Source of the DNA: Gammaproteobacteria bacterium | Lineage (GTDB): Bacteria; Pseudomonadota; Gammaproteobacteria; Ga0077536 | Assembly (NCBI GenBank): GCA_009692265.1 | Contig: SHZM01000005.1 | Span: 12,459-76,458, forward strand | DNA length: 64,000 bases | Direction of reading: 5' to 3' | Shown: one piece after another, positions 20,117 to 31,611 of the stretch | Numbering within the stretch: position 1 is the first letter of the stretch | How the letters are laid out: every line of letters begins with the position of its first letter | Made by a program: the position numbers and the translations under genes | The notes under the pieces: model-generated | What the model saw: the letters and a program-made list of their open reading frames with translations, nothing else | Told to the model about the DNA's origin: nothing | Databases searched by the model: none

Positions 20117-22762
20117 TCATTCCTTCTCCAACCTACTCGTTATGTAGTGTTCTCGCGCCGCCATGATCGCCGGTAGCACCACGAGCGCGGCGATGATGGC
20201 GTAGGACAGCGAAACGCTGATTAGGATACCCATCCCAGCCATCCCGGGATGTTTCGAAAAACCCAAAGCCCCGAACGACGCAATCGCGGTTAAGCCGCTG
20301 AACAGCACCGCTCGGGGGGTGCTGCTCGCCAATAAATCCCGCACATTCCCGGTCGCATGATTACGCACAACCAGATACGCACCATAGGCGTTATTGAGAC
20401 CGATCAATAACGGTAATGCAATGATATTGGCGAAATTAAACGGAACATCGAATACCACCGAGGTCGCAACCGTAAGTAACATCGCAAGTAGTAGGGGTGC
20501 GGCGACCAGCAGCGCATCAACGACACCGTGTAATACGAAAATATGCAGCAGGATCGTCAATACCAGTGCGCCGGCCGACGCCATCACGCAGGCCTTAATA
20601 ACAACTCGGCTGCCAACATACAGTTCGATCGGCGCATCGGTTGCTCCGGGTGCGATCGACTGAACACTTACCGCGAAGTTTTTCATCGCGGCGTTGTCGT
20701 TCAAGTTTTCACGCGGGATGACTTGTACCCGGGCCTGGCCATCGCGGGCAATGTATTGATCGCGAAGCTCATCGGGAAGGGAGTCCAGGCTGATCGCTTG
20801 CGCATTTAATGAAGACGACAAACGCACTAGCACCGCGGGCAAATCGCCAATCAACTGAGTGCGTAGCAACGGCACCAGTGAGGTCGGCCACGCGCGATGC
20901 GACATCAGGGCCGTGAGCGCATGTTCCAGGCGCTTGAGACTGATCGTCCATTCCGGCGACACCTCGGGCGCGGCGGTGTGCCGGGATAGTGCGGCGATAA
21001 AGAGATCCATTGCCGCGATTTCCTCTTCGCTGGTGGGAGGCGTCAGAGTGCTAGGTTCCAAGGCCCCTGAGAGTGTTAATTGCAGCGCGGAGATGATTTC
21101 TAATTTTTCTCCTTGATCCTCCGGCACAAATTTCGACAAGGTGATCACCTTGTCTACCGTGGGTAATTCACCCAGAGTGCGTGCGAGCTGATCCGCGTCG
21201 ACGAGTGAAGGGGCGAGCAGATGAATGCTGTACGGAGTGTTTGTCGGATCAAGCGCTAGATCCCGAAACGCGGCGACCCCATCTGTCGAGGCATCTTTTA
21301 AATTCAACGGATTCAAATCGAAGCGCGCGCGCGGCAGTAAGAGCAGGCTAACGATCACGCCAAGCGCACTGAGGCCCAGAATTACTTTGAAATGGCGGCC
21401 TGCCCACGATGTGGACGCCTGGTTTTGATTCGCGCGGTCGGAATTTCGTCGCGTCGGGACGGGCAGACGGCTCAACAACGCCGGCAACAAGCTCAGATTT
21501 AGAAACCACGCGATCACCATGCTACCGCCGGAGATCACCCCAAGCTGCGCAAGGCCCTGGTAACTCGTTGGAACAAAGGCCAGGAAACTAATCGCAGCGC
21601 CAACCGCCGCCAGCGCAAGTGCCCCCCCGGCGTCACGACCTGCGGCGATCAATGCTTCGGATCGCGCTAGGCCGCGATCGCTTCCTTCGAGGTAGCGCAT
21701 CGAAAACTGGATCCCGAAATCCACTCCCATACCAATAAACAACACCGCGAAACAGACCGAGATGATATTCAACGCGCCGACGAAGAAGGTCGCGAACGCC
21801 GCGGTCCAAATCAAGCCGCATGCCAAGGAAATCAAGACAGCGCTCAGCAGACTCCCGCTGCGTAGACCAACGATGATCACAAGAGTGACGCAGACGAAGG
21901 ACAGCAAGGTTGTGAATTTTGCATCTTCTGCGACGGTGACTAGCTCCTCGCCATTCATCACCGCATCACCAGTTATGCGGATTCGCACTGAAGGATTCGC
22001 CTGCGCGACCTCGCGCACGACCAGTCGCACCGACTCTACCGCTTTGAGCGCCGGTTGCACCTTCATGGTATCTACTACCGGATCGATCATCACGAATGCT
22101 CGGTGCGGGCCTGGGTTCGCCGCGTCGTTAGCGAAAAGTTGATCGCGCCAGGAAATCGGTACCGCCGTGCCGGCCAACAGGCGTTCACTTGCCGCACTTA
22201 CCTGATCGAACATCCGAATCAGCAGCGCCTGTTGGTCGGCGCCGGATGCCGCTTCCAATCCGTGACCAAACGTGGCGAGCAGGCCCCGCAAACTAGGATC
22301 CTTCGCCAGGGTGCCGAGCAATGGCTCGGCCGTGTTTAAACGATCATCCAACGCCCATAATTCGTCGATCGACAGATAAAGCAGTCCGTTCGTCTCGAAA
22401 AACTCGCCGCCTCCGGGCCGAATCACCACGCGTGCTGTGGCGGGCATTGCACGAAGTTTGAGGGCTATTTGATCGGCGGCGTCTTCGGCAATTCCGGCGC
22501 TGGCGGCTTCGGTGAATACCACAATATCGCTGCTGAGTTGGGGGAACGCCGCCCGGTATGCTAGGTGCGCTTGGCGATGCGGAAGTCTCGCATCGATCAT
22601 GTTGGACGTATCAGTATCGATCCCTAGGTGCCGCGTGGTATATACCAGCGCACACACCGTCGTCAGCGCCATAATGAGTAATGTCAGCCAAGCGTGTCGA
22701 ACGCACCGAGCAACGATCGCGACTGTAAGTCGGCTTGGCAAAAGTCGAAGGTAGCTATGCAT
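20117..22762 (-). CDS. hpnN: hopanoid transporter HpnN-like (MMPL/RND family)
   Basis: IDTDTSNMI, FFETNGLLYL, LAKDPSLRGL, GMGVDFGIQF, FDLNPLNLKD, NFANIIALPLLIG, HPGMAGMG. Confidence 0.85.
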   Translation of the reverse strand: MHSYLRLLPSRLTVAIVARCVRHAWLTLLIMALTTVCALVYTTRHLGIDTDTSNMIDARLPHRQAHLAYRAAFPQLSSDIVVFTEAASAGIAEDAADQIALKLRAMPATARVVIRPGGGEFFETNGLLYLSIDELWALDDRLNTAEPLLGTLAKDPSLRGLLATFGHGLEAASGADQQALLIRMFDQVSAASERLLAGTAVPISWRDQLFANDAANPGPHRAFVMIDPVVDTMKVQPALKAVESVRLVVREVAQANPSVRIRITGDAVMNGEELVTVAEDAKFTTLLSFVCVTLVIIVGLRSGSLLSAVLISLACGLIWTAAFATFFVGALNIISVCFAVLFIGMGVDFGIQFSMRYLEGSDRGLARSEALIAAGRDAGGALALAAVGAAISFLAFVPTSYQGLAQLGVISGGSMVIAWFLNLSLLPALLSRLPVPTRRNSDRANQNQASTSWAGRHFKVILGLSALGVIVSLLLLPRARFDLNPLNLKDASTDGVAAFRDLALDPTNTPYSIHLLAPSLVDADQLARTLGELPTVDKVITLSKFVPEDQGEKLEIISALQLTLSGALEPSTLTPPTSEEEIAAMDLFIAALSRHTAAPEVSPEWTISLKRLEHALTALMSHRAWPTSLVPLLRTQLIGDLPAVLVRLSSSLNAQAISLDSLPDELRDQYIARDGQARVQVIPRENLNDNAAMKNFAVSVQSIAPGATDAPIELYVGSRVVIKACVMASAGALVLTILLHIFVLHGVVDALLVAAPLLLAMLLTVATSVVFDVPFNFANIIALPLLIGLNNAYGAYLVVRNHATGNVRDLLASSTPRAVLFSGLTAIASFGALGFSKHPGMAGMGILISVSLSYAIIAALVVLPAIMAAREHYITSRLEKE

Positions 22763-22925
22763 GAATTATTCAATTTCGAGAGATGAAGATGGTGCGACAG
22801 GGTGTTTGTAATTGGCGAGCGCAAGCCCCAAGCATGACTCATAGGATACGCAAATCGACTGGTGTTTTCAGCCACTGGCCGGCTCGGCGCCGTTTGCGCG
22901 ACGCCCTAAGCGGAAGGGAAGTCCA

Positions 22926-23804
22926 TTGAGGCGAAGGCAAACGGCGACGTCACTCCGCGACGAGCCGCTCTTCGGTGTGTGCCTGCTCGCGACCGATCGA
23001 TCACTCGCACCGACAACGCTCGCGCGGGCGGTAGAAGCCCGCGATCTGGATATGCTGTTTCTGCCTGAAAATAGCCACATTCCTCTCCAACGCGCCAGGG
23101 ATTGGCCGTATGCGGAAGCTCTATTAGATCCACTGTCGCGCTTACACGACCCCTTCGTCGCTCTCGCGCAAGCCGCGGCCGTCACCGAGCACTTGCTCCT
23201 TGGCTTCGGGGTCTGTCTGGTCACCCATCGCGATCCCATCAACACCGCAAAGGCCGTGGCCTCGCTGGATCAGCTGTCTAGCGGTAGGGTTATTTTCGGT
23301 ATAGCGGGCGGCGCCCTGGACGAAGCCATGCGCAACCACGGCACTGCGTTCAAGCAGCGGTGGCAAATTGTGCGTGACCGGACGCTTGCGATGAAGGCGA
23401 TTTGGCGCGACGAAATTGCCGAGTATCACGGCGAGTTCGTTGATTTTGAGCCGATGTGGTCATTCCCGAAACCGCTACAAGCAGGTGGTCCACCAATTTG
23501 GATCGGCTCGAATTCGAAATGGGTGCCGGGACGGGTCGCTGAGTACGCAGATGGCTGGATGGTTTACAACGGACGTTACGCAGGAGATGCAGTACACGAT
23601 TTGCGCGTTGCGTGCGATAAGCGCGGACGTAGTTTTGCTGATGTTACCTTGGCCTTGATGGATGCACCTTGGGACGCAGGCGAAGCGGTTGGGTTCTTGG
23701 AGCAAGGGTACTCGAAGCTTATATTTTTAGTGCCTCCCGACAGTGGCAATATCGAGGCGGAGCTCGATCGCATCGCCGAAGTTGTGGCGAAGCTAAGGCG
23801 TTAA
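22926..23804 (+). CDS. luciferase-like (LLM class, Rv2161c-like) oxidoreductase
   Basis: PENSHIP, DPFVAL, AKAVASLDQLSSGR, YHGEFV, PKPLQAGGPPIWIG, YADGW. Confidence 0.85.
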   Translation: MRRRQTATSLRDEPLFGVCLLATDRSLAPTTLARAVEARDLDMLFLPENSHIPLQRARDWPYAEALLDPLSRLHDPFVALAQAAAVTEHLLLGFGVCLVTHRDPINTAKAVASLDQLSSGRVIFGIAGGALDEAMRNHGTAFKQRWQIVRDRTLAMKAIWRDEIAEYHGEFVDFEPMWSFPKPLQAGGPPIWIGSNSKWVPGRVAEYADGWMVYNGRYAGDAVHDLRVACDKRGRSFADVTLALMDAPWDAGEAVGFLEQGYSKLIFLVPPDSGNIEAELDRIAEVVAKLRR

Positions 23805-23856
23805 CTAGCTTAGTGAATAAAGCTGTTCGGGAAATTGTCGTGAGGAAAATTCGCGC

Positions 23857-24099
23857 GTGAATTACCGCTTCGCGAGTTGGTGGAAGTACGTGTGTGATCG
23901 CGGAGTTGTGCGACGAGCCGTCAAAGTTGCTTTCGTCGTCGGCACCGTATTGGCCGTGATCAATTACGGAGACAGGTTTTTGAGCGACTCGTTATCAAGT
24001 CGGGACCTACTGAAAATCGCGATTACGTACCTTGTCCCGTATTGTGTAGCGACTTATTCTGCGGCGAGTGTGCTCGCCTCGGCGCGAACCAATCAATAA
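23857..24099 (+). CDS. NrtS-like small membrane protein
   Basis: RRAVKVAFVVGTVLAVINYGD...TYLVPYCVATYS. Confidence 0.75.
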   Translation: MNYRFASWWKYVCDRGVVRRAVKVAFVVGTVLAVINYGDRFLSDSLSSRDLLKIAITYLVPYCVATYSAASVLASARTNQ

Positions 24100-24117
24100 T
24101 GGTCGGAAGGTAACAGC

Positions 24118-24705
24118 GTGGAATCCTCAACGAGTCCGATTCATCCTCTATTAGCAAGTCGTTGGAGCCCCCGAGCTTTTGCTGATCGCGATCTCGATCT
24201 CGAGACCTTGGGAACGTTGCTCCAAGCCACGCGTTGGTCACCTTCCTGTTATAACGATCAACCTTGGAGCTTTGTGCTTGCGCGTCGCGACGACGATGCG
24301 TATCAGAACCTGCTCGACTGCCTGGTTCCGCAGAATCGGGCCTGGGCCGCGACCGCACCAGTGTTGGGGTTGGCCGTTGCGCGGCTTCAGTTTGCCCATA
24401 ACGGCGCACCTAACAGACACGCCTGGTATGACTTAGGACTAGCCGTCGCGCAATTCATTGTGCAGGCGACAGCACTGGGCCTGTGCGTTCATCAAATGGC
24501 CGGATTCGACACTGACGCCGCGCGCCAGCACTGTAAAGTCCCGAACGGATTCGATCCGGCAGTTGTTTTTGCCCTCGGCTACCAAGGTGATCCAAGCCGC
24601 CTACCGGCAGGCGTCACCGAAAAAAATCCCGCGGAACGCGCACGCCGTAACGTGTCGGAATTTGTCTTTGCTGGGCGCTGGGGTGTACCGTTCGTGGGAC
24701 TCTAG
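24118..24705 (+). CDS. nitroreductase family protein
   Basis: RWSPRAF, WSPSCYNDQPW, YDLG, HQMAGFD. Confidence 0.9.
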   Translation: MESSTSPIHPLLASRWSPRAFADRDLDLETLGTLLQATRWSPSCYNDQPWSFVLARRDDDAYQNLLDCLVPQNRAWAATAPVLGLAVARLQFAHNGAPNRHAWYDLGLAVAQFIVQATALGLCVHQMAGFDTDAARQHCKVPNGFDPAVVFALGYQGDPSRLPAGVTEKNPAERARRNVSEFVFAGRWGVPFVGL

Positions 24706-24807
24706 AGGACCGTTCACCGAAATTTGCCAGTGCTATTCTTGGCAAACCACCGGCTTTGGCGTAGATCATTAAACTGCAAGTCGCTACTCAATACAGGAGG
24801 CTGCGCA

Positions 24808-25146
24808 GTGCCCGTTTATGATTACTGCTGTGATGCCAACGGCCAGACCGTGGAAGTGCGGCATGGTGTTGATATCGAACTCACGACCTGGGGCGAAGTG
24901 TGCTACGCCGCACAAATTGCTTTGGGCGAAACCGATTTCCTGACCCCAGTACGAAAGTTAATCTCGGCCCCTGCGATCGCAATTCCGATCAGCAACTCGA
25001 AGCTCAAGGGGATGGGCTTCACGAAACTGGTGAAGCGCGACAGTGGAGTCTACGAGAATGTCACCCGAACTGGCGGCGAGGCGCGCTACATGCAGGCGGG
25101 AGATGCGCGGAGTCTGCCGCACCTGAATAAGAAAATCTCTGACTAG
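24808..25146 (+). CDS. FmdB-like zinc-ribbon regulatory protein
   Basis: GTG 24808 after AGGAGG; (M)PVYDYCCDANGQTVEVRH. Confidence 0.75.
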   Translation: MPVYDYCCDANGQTVEVRHGVDIELTTWGEVCYAAQIALGETDFLTPVRKLISAPAIAIPISNSKLKGMGFTKLVKRDSGVYENVTRTGGEARYMQAGDARSLPHLNKKISD

Positions 25147-25192
25147 CCGCGTAGCTCGCCGCTTTCTTCAGCGGGGGACACTACGGCGGTAA

Positions 25193-25846
25193 TCAATTTA
25201 TACATCTAATCCGCTGAATTTTTTCGTTCTGCGTGAGACGGTAGAACGCACGCAGTTCGCGCAGAAAGCTCGGGTGCCCGTGATGTCCCGGAAACCGTCG
25301 GCGCAGTGCCGAACAATACTTTGCCGCGAAGTAATTCGCTTCCTGATAGCGAGACTGCGCCTCTTCCCCTAGTGTCATATCGTAGCCTACGGTGTCGAAT
25401 AACGTCTGATGCAAACCACTCGGGATGCTACCTGCGTTCTGTTCACTGAATAACTTCGCGCACGCCACGTATTTATCGACTTCCGCCTGTATTTCGAGTT
25501 CCAACAAGCTGACGGTATTCTCGCGTTCGACGTTCCAGATCACGTAGTGAAGATGGCTCACGCCTTCCAGCGCAATTAAATATTCGGCGAGGTTGCCGGT
25601 ATGCAGAGATATCGTTGGATTATCGGCTTGCAGCCGCGCCAAGACTTCCGAATCAATGTAGAGCGATAAACGCGGATCTTCCAGGGTCGGCTGGATGAGT
25701 AATCGTTCGAGATTATTCGCGGAGTCGGTCGCTGGTGTCAGCGCTTCGGCCAGCCGCGCATCGGTGATGACGAAATCATAAATGTCATAAGGCAGCGGCG
25801 CCTCATAAAGCGCTGCCAGATCGTGTTGAATCTGAGCTAACAACAT
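25193..25846 (-). CDS. conserved-looking hypothetical protein
   Basis: 217-aa ORF with EGVSH and ELEIQAEVDKY motifs; 4 nt downstream of the upstream gene's stop. Confidence 0.75.
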   Translation of the reverse strand: MLLAQIQHDLAALYEAPLPYDIYDFVITDARLAEALTPATDSANNLERLLIQPTLEDPRLSLYIDSEVLARLQADNPTISLHTGNLAEYLIALEGVSHLHYVIWNVERENTVSLLELEIQAEVDKYVACAKLFSEQNAGSIPSGLHQTLFDTVGYDMTLGEEAQSRYQEANYFAAKYCSALRRRFPGHHGHPSFLRELRAFYRLTQNEKIQRIRCIN

Positions 25847-25850
25847 CGCC

Positions 25851-26474
25851 TTAGTGCCGAGCGAAACTTGCGCTCGCGCGGCAAGGTTGCAACCCGTATT
25901 GGTGCATTTTGTTTAAGGTGCGCGCGCTTCCAGTGCGTAACCAAATTTCGTAATCACGAAGCACATCGCGTTTGCTGCCAAGATGCGATTTTTCGGAAAC
26001 CTCGGCAAGCACGTCGACGAACGTTGGGAATTTACTTCCAAGCTCCGCATACGGAGAACTCGGTAGCTTAGGAATAAAATTTCCCGACCAGGCTTCATCG
26101 AGGTCCCGATAGGCGGTGCTACCCATTGCGATGTAGTAGTCGACATCAACTAGCTTTCGCGCCAGATTGCCTGCAAACATCCCTGAGATGAACAACGCGA
26201 TATCGCCCAAGCGTTTCAACGCGAGCTTGCGTTGGGAGTCGCCTTCCGCGTGGACAACGTCCGCGTACTGCAGCGCCAGCGGTTTAATATCCAACCCTTC
26301 CTGAGTGCGGGCAAACAGCTGCTCGGGATCCGCAAATTGCGTGAGCATGTCGGCGAGATAGTTCAAGGTTTGGGGATCCGCGGCGACCTGCTGATGAGCG
26401 ACGGACGCCGCCAGCTGCGCGTGAAAGTAATCGTGAACGTTGACGTTCGTGAGAACTGAGAAGGTGTTCGACAT
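25851..26474 (-). CDS. conserved-looking hypothetical helical protein
   Basis: ATG 26474 with GAGG RBS; LKRLGDIALFISGMF..LARKLVDVDYYIAMG motif. Confidence 0.75.
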   Translation of the reverse strand: MSNTFSVLTNVNVHDYFHAQLAASVAHQQVAADPQTLNYLADMLTQFADPEQLFARTQEGLDIKPLALQYADVVHAEGDSQRKLALKRLGDIALFISGMFAGNLARKLVDVDYYIAMGSTAYRDLDEAWSGNFIPKLPSSPYAELGSKFPTFVDVLAEVSEKSHLGSKRDVLRDYEIWLRTGSARTLNKMHQYGLQPCRASASFARH

Positions 26475-26596
26475 CGCGATACCTCGTCGTTGTACTCGTA
26501 CAGCCGTGCTATCGGCACGAGCCCGCCGTTGCTTCAACTCACACGCAGCAGGCACTGGAAACGAGACCGGAGTCCGTGCTGTCCTAGTTAGTCTCT

Positions 26597-26612
26597 CGCA
26601 AGAAGCTTGCCA
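26597..26612 (-). promoter_or_regulatory. sigma54 -24/-12 promoter candidate
   Basis: Minus strand TGGCAAGCTTCTTGCG, near consensus TGGCACG-N4-TTGC. Confidence 0.65.
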
Positions 26613-26810
26613 TTCGAGATCGGTCCGATTGCAATCAGCCGACTCGGCGCGCGGCTGCTAAAAGCGACGATGAAGTGCAAACCACATCACGCTTTACGGT
26701 AAAAGCACAGGCACCTTATCAAAAACTGCTAACGAGCAGGCAACCTAAAGTTCATTGAGGACGGGCCACCGAGGCGCGGTTGGTCGTTCCAACACGACAA
26801 AACCTGACCC

Positions 26811-26842
26811 AAAAAGAAAGCCCCGCGGAAGCGGGGCTTTCG
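26811..26842 (-). terminator. Rho-independent terminator of groESL
   Basis: Minus strand GAAAGCCCCGC-TTCC-GCGGGGCTTTC followed by TTTTT. Confidence 0.88.
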
Positions 26843-26866
26843 AGGAGCAGATGTTAAGCGAGATGC

Positions 26867-28516
<1,650 letters not shown>

Positions 28517-28540
28517 TTAGTTTGATTCCGGGTGCGCGAG

Positions 28541-28828
28541 TTAGGCCAGAACGGCCATGATGTCGTCTTCACGCATCACGACGTATTCAACGCCTTCGAC
28601 CTTCACCTCGGTGCCGGAATACTTGCCGAACAATATTTTCTCACCGACTTTGACGTCGAGGCCACGAACTTGGCCGTTTTCGAGAATTTTGCCGTTTCCA
28701 ACAGCGAGAACTTCACCTCTAATGGGTTTTTCTGCTGCTGAATCTGGAATAACGATGCCGCCGGCAGAGGTTTTTTCCTCTTCTAGGCGCTTGACCAATA
28801 CGCGGTCATGTAGTGGGCGAATTTTCAT
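28541..28828 (-). CDS. groS: co-chaperonin GroES
   Basis: [14 protein letters not shown]...[13 protein letters not shown]; true start ATG 28828. Confidence 0.98.
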   Translation of the reverse strand: MKIRPLHDRVLVKRLEEEKTSAGGIVIPDSAAEKPIRGEVLAVGNGKILENGQVRGLDVKVGEKILFGKYSGTEVKVEGVEYVVMREDDIMAVLA

Positions 28829-28881
28829 GACAATGTTTCTCCTTAGTAACTCATTGAATAAGATGCCAATAAGAATTTTTA

Positions 28882-28908
28882 TTAGCACTCGATGACGAGT
28901 AGTGCTAA
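28882..28908. promoter_or_regulatory. CIRCE element (HrcA operator)
   Basis: TTAGCACTC-N9-TAGTGCTAA, one mismatch to consensus, upstream of groES. Confidence 0.88.
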
Positions 28909-28936
28909 TGATAAACAGGCTCCAGGCTGATATCAA
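28908..28936 (-). promoter_or_regulatory. sigma70-type promoter of groESL
   Basis: TTGATA-N17-TATCAT abutting the CIRCE box. Confidence 0.65.
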
Positions 28937-28988
28937 CACTAAATTTTGCTGGACGGCCGAGCCAAGGGAGGTATTTTTGAACAATGCT

Positions 28989-29540
28989 GTGGATAGCGAG
29001 CCGCGCGATGCTTTCGTGTGGACGGTCAGAGCAGGTAGCTTTCTAAGCTTATTGCTTGTCTCGTTTGGGGCATTTGGCGCGTCTCCAAGGCCTAATGCCT
29101 GCGAAATCGAAGCCCAGGACGTCTCAATCAATGTGGTCGCCGCGCCTGCCGCCGACGCTTGGGGGCCGACGATCGAAATTAGCCTTAGCCACGCTGGACA
29201 GACCTTAACCCGTTTAATCGCGGAGGAGTCGCGCCCGATAGAAACCTGTTGGTGGACAGATTTAGGCCGCGATGGGGTTGAAGACTTGGTAATTGCGTTC
29301 GGAAGCAGCGGCGACCTCGCCAGCGGCGCGCAGGTCTACGCCTGGGTCGATGGCCACCTGCAAGCCCACACATTGCCGCCTATCACCAACGTTCCCGGGG
29401 TGACGTGGCGCTACGTGGTGACCGAGCAGGCCGTATGGGCGTATCCGCTGGCCGACTCCGGGACGGGCGTTGCCAGTCGTCGCCACCACGGCGAGACCTG
29501 GGTTACGGACTCGAAGACTGTTGTAGCACCTAATCCATGA
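28989..29540 (+). CDS. hypothetical exported protein (start uncertain)
   Basis: Hydrophobic signal-like segment, then a beta-rich region with an FG-GAP-like [12 protein letters not shown]. Confidence 0.55.
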   Translation: MDSEPRDAFVWTVRAGSFLSLLLVSFGAFGASPRPNACEIEAQDVSINVVAAPAADAWGPTIEISLSHAGQTLTRLIAEESRPIETCWWTDLGRDGVEDLVIAFGSSGDLASGAQVYAWVDGHLQAHTLPPITNVPGVTWRYVVTEQAVWAYPLADSGTGVASRRHHGETWVTDSKTVVAPNP

Positions 29541-29684
29541 AGCGGACTTCCTTGTTGTCCATACCTAAGGGCCCGAGCACCGGACTACGGCTCGCGGGAG
29601 GGTGACTGCACCAAGCAATTCAGGCTATATAGATCAAATATGCGCGCGCAAAGCCCGCGAGCTTTATAACGTTGGATATCAACT

Positions 29685-30374
29685 ATGACTCTCGATGCCA
29701 TAAGCACGACTGAATACCTGCAACAGCTACTCACGCAATGCCATCGGCGACGTTACGGACCAAAGGCGGCCATCATCCGCACCGGTGATCGCGCCGATGA
29801 ACTTTTCTACATTGTCTCCGGATCGGTATCTGTGTTGCTGGAGGACGACCAAGGCCATGAACTCGTGCTCGCGTATCTGAACGCGGGCGAATTCTTCGGC
29901 GAGATCGGATTGTTCGTCGAAGACGGTAACCGCTCGGCGCTGGTGCGCGCGCGCAACGAATGCGAAATAGCCCACATTGGCTACGCAAAACTTAAGACCT
30001 TAACGTCCTTGTATCCACGCTTAGTTACCTGTATGACCGCGCAATTAGCGCGCCGTCTACGCAACACCAATCGAAAACTTGGCGATTTAGCGTTCATGGA
30101 TGTCTATGGGCGTATCGCACGAACGTTACTAGACTTAAGCGAACAACCGGATTCGCTAACCCATCCCGACGGTATGCAAGTGCGGGTTACCCGACAGGAG
30201 CTTGCGCGACTTGTCGGCTGCTCGCGCGAAATGGTCGGCAAGGTTCTAAAAGAAATGGAAGAGCAGAAACAAATCAGGCTCAGCGGAAAAAACATTGTCC
30301 TCCTCGGAGTCCGAATTCGCGGAGCACGCCGCGGATCGGGTGATCAAGCGCTCCAGCGTCCCTGGATTACTTAG
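29685..30374 (+). CDS. crp: cAMP receptor protein (Crp/Vfr/Clp)
   Basis: GEFFGEIGLF, RSALVRA, THPDGMQVRVTRQELARLVGCSREMVG. Confidence 0.93.
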   Translation: MTLDAISTTEYLQQLLTQCHRRRYGPKAAIIRTGDRADELFYIVSGSVSVLLEDDQGHELVLAYLNAGEFFGEIGLFVEDGNRSALVRARNECEIAHIGYAKLKTLTSLYPRLVTCMTAQLARRLRNTNRKLGDLAFMDVYGRIARTLLDLSEQPDSLTHPDGMQVRVTRQELARLVGCSREMVGKVLKEMEEQKQIRLSGKNIVLLGVRIRGARRGSGDQALQRPWIT

Positions 30375-30544
30375 TTTAACGGTGCATGAACAATTAACCT
30401 GAGTTTTTTCATTAGCACAATAGCCGAGCCGCGCTCAACTCAATATACTTCGGGCAACCCTTTCACGCTGCCAGGAACCTAGTTCTGAAACGCCAACGTT
30501 CGCGACGAGATCAATTTCGATCGCGTTTCGCTCCCACGATTTTT

Positions 30545-31561
30545 TTGGTAAGTCTTGTTATCGCGCTATTCAACAGCGCGTGCGCGGCTGTCGGCCTTGA
30601 GGATGCCGAGGCGGCGCTACGTCGCGGGGACTACACGAGCGCCATCCCAATCTACCGGGCTCTTTCCGACGCTGGTGATGTCCAGGCGACCGTCAGGCTT
30701 GCCGGGCTCTATCAGAAGGGAGAGGGTATCCCCAGAGATATCGCGCGCGCCGTAGCGCTATATAAACAAGCGGCATCACAAAAAAACACCGATGCTTTGT
30801 ACAACCTCGGTAATCTGTATCTACTAGGTGAGGGGGTGCCACAAGATGATGACTGGGCGTTCACCTATTATCGACAGGCTGCGGAACAAGGGCATCCCTT
30901 AGCGCAAAAGAACGTTCGAGAATTTTATCGCGCTGCCGGAGTGATCCCTGCATCGCCCACCACACCGCCGCCTGTAAGCGCGCCGGTGCCTGCCAGCCCA
31001 CAGTCAACAGATTCGGTGCCACGCGATCCTGAATACGAACATGAGATCCCAGTCGAGTACTCGGCGGACGAATTAAAAGCAATCGATATCGCCCGTGCTC
31101 ACGGCATCGTGGTCGACATTTATGCCAGTAGTCCCGAGCCAAGGTCGAATCCGAGCACCGAACCCGTTGAAGACATCCCCGCCATGGAATTAACACTGGC
31201 GACCGTGCGCTCCACCCTCGCCAGTGGCAATACCGGTCAAGCACTCGGTGAGCTTGAGATCCTCGCCAGTAACGGTAACGCCGAAGCGCAGTTTGTGCTG
31301 TCAGAATTGCTTGCAACGCTAAACGGAAACCCCGACGAACAAGGCCAGGCGTTGTTGTGGCTAAAACGGTCAGCGCAGGCAGGATTCGCAGATGCTCAAT
31401 TTAAACTTGGCAATCATTATTTAAGTGGCGACCGCGTTCCTTCCGACGAAGCAGAAGCGGTGACGTGGTATCGTGCCGCGGCTCGTCAAGGACATGCGGC
31501 GGCGCGCGCTAAGCTTGACTCCCTCTATCGCCAGGCAGGGCTCAAGGTGCCGCCCTTATAA
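30545..31561 (+). CDS. Sel1-like repeat protein
   Basis: ALYNLGNLYLLGEGVPQD..A..YYRQAAEQG and AQFKLG..Y..G..V...EAVTWYRAAA repeats. Confidence 0.85.
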   Translation: MVSLVIALFNSACAAVGLEDAEAALRRGDYTSAIPIYRALSDAGDVQATVRLAGLYQKGEGIPRDIARAVALYKQAASQKNTDALYNLGNLYLLGEGVPQDDDWAFTYYRQAAEQGHPLAQKNVREFYRAAGVIPASPTTPPPVSAPVPASPQSTDSVPRDPEYEHEIPVEYSADELKAIDIARAHGIVVDIYASSPEPRSNPSTEPVEDIPAMELTLATVRSTLASGNTGQALGELEILASNGNAEAQFVLSELLATLNGNPDEQGQALLWLKRSAQAGFADAQFKLGNHYLSGDRVPSDEAEAVTWYRAAARQGHAAARAKLDSLYRQAGLKVPPL

Positions 31562-31611
31562 GTGATAAGCGCCGCTCGCGAGCCGCGACTGAGTCACTAC
31601 AAACCACGATT

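Noticed and set aside
28829-29131. N-terminally extended GroES (196 aa in the track)
   Set aside because: The extension spans the RBS, CIRCE box and promoter; canonical GroES starts at 28828
29620-29641. Possible autoregulatory CRP/FNR site upstream of crp
   Set aside because: Only one half-site (ATCAA) matches
30376-30391. TTAAC-N6-TGAAC direct repeat after crp
   Set aside because: Short, orientation unclear, and no convincing target gene
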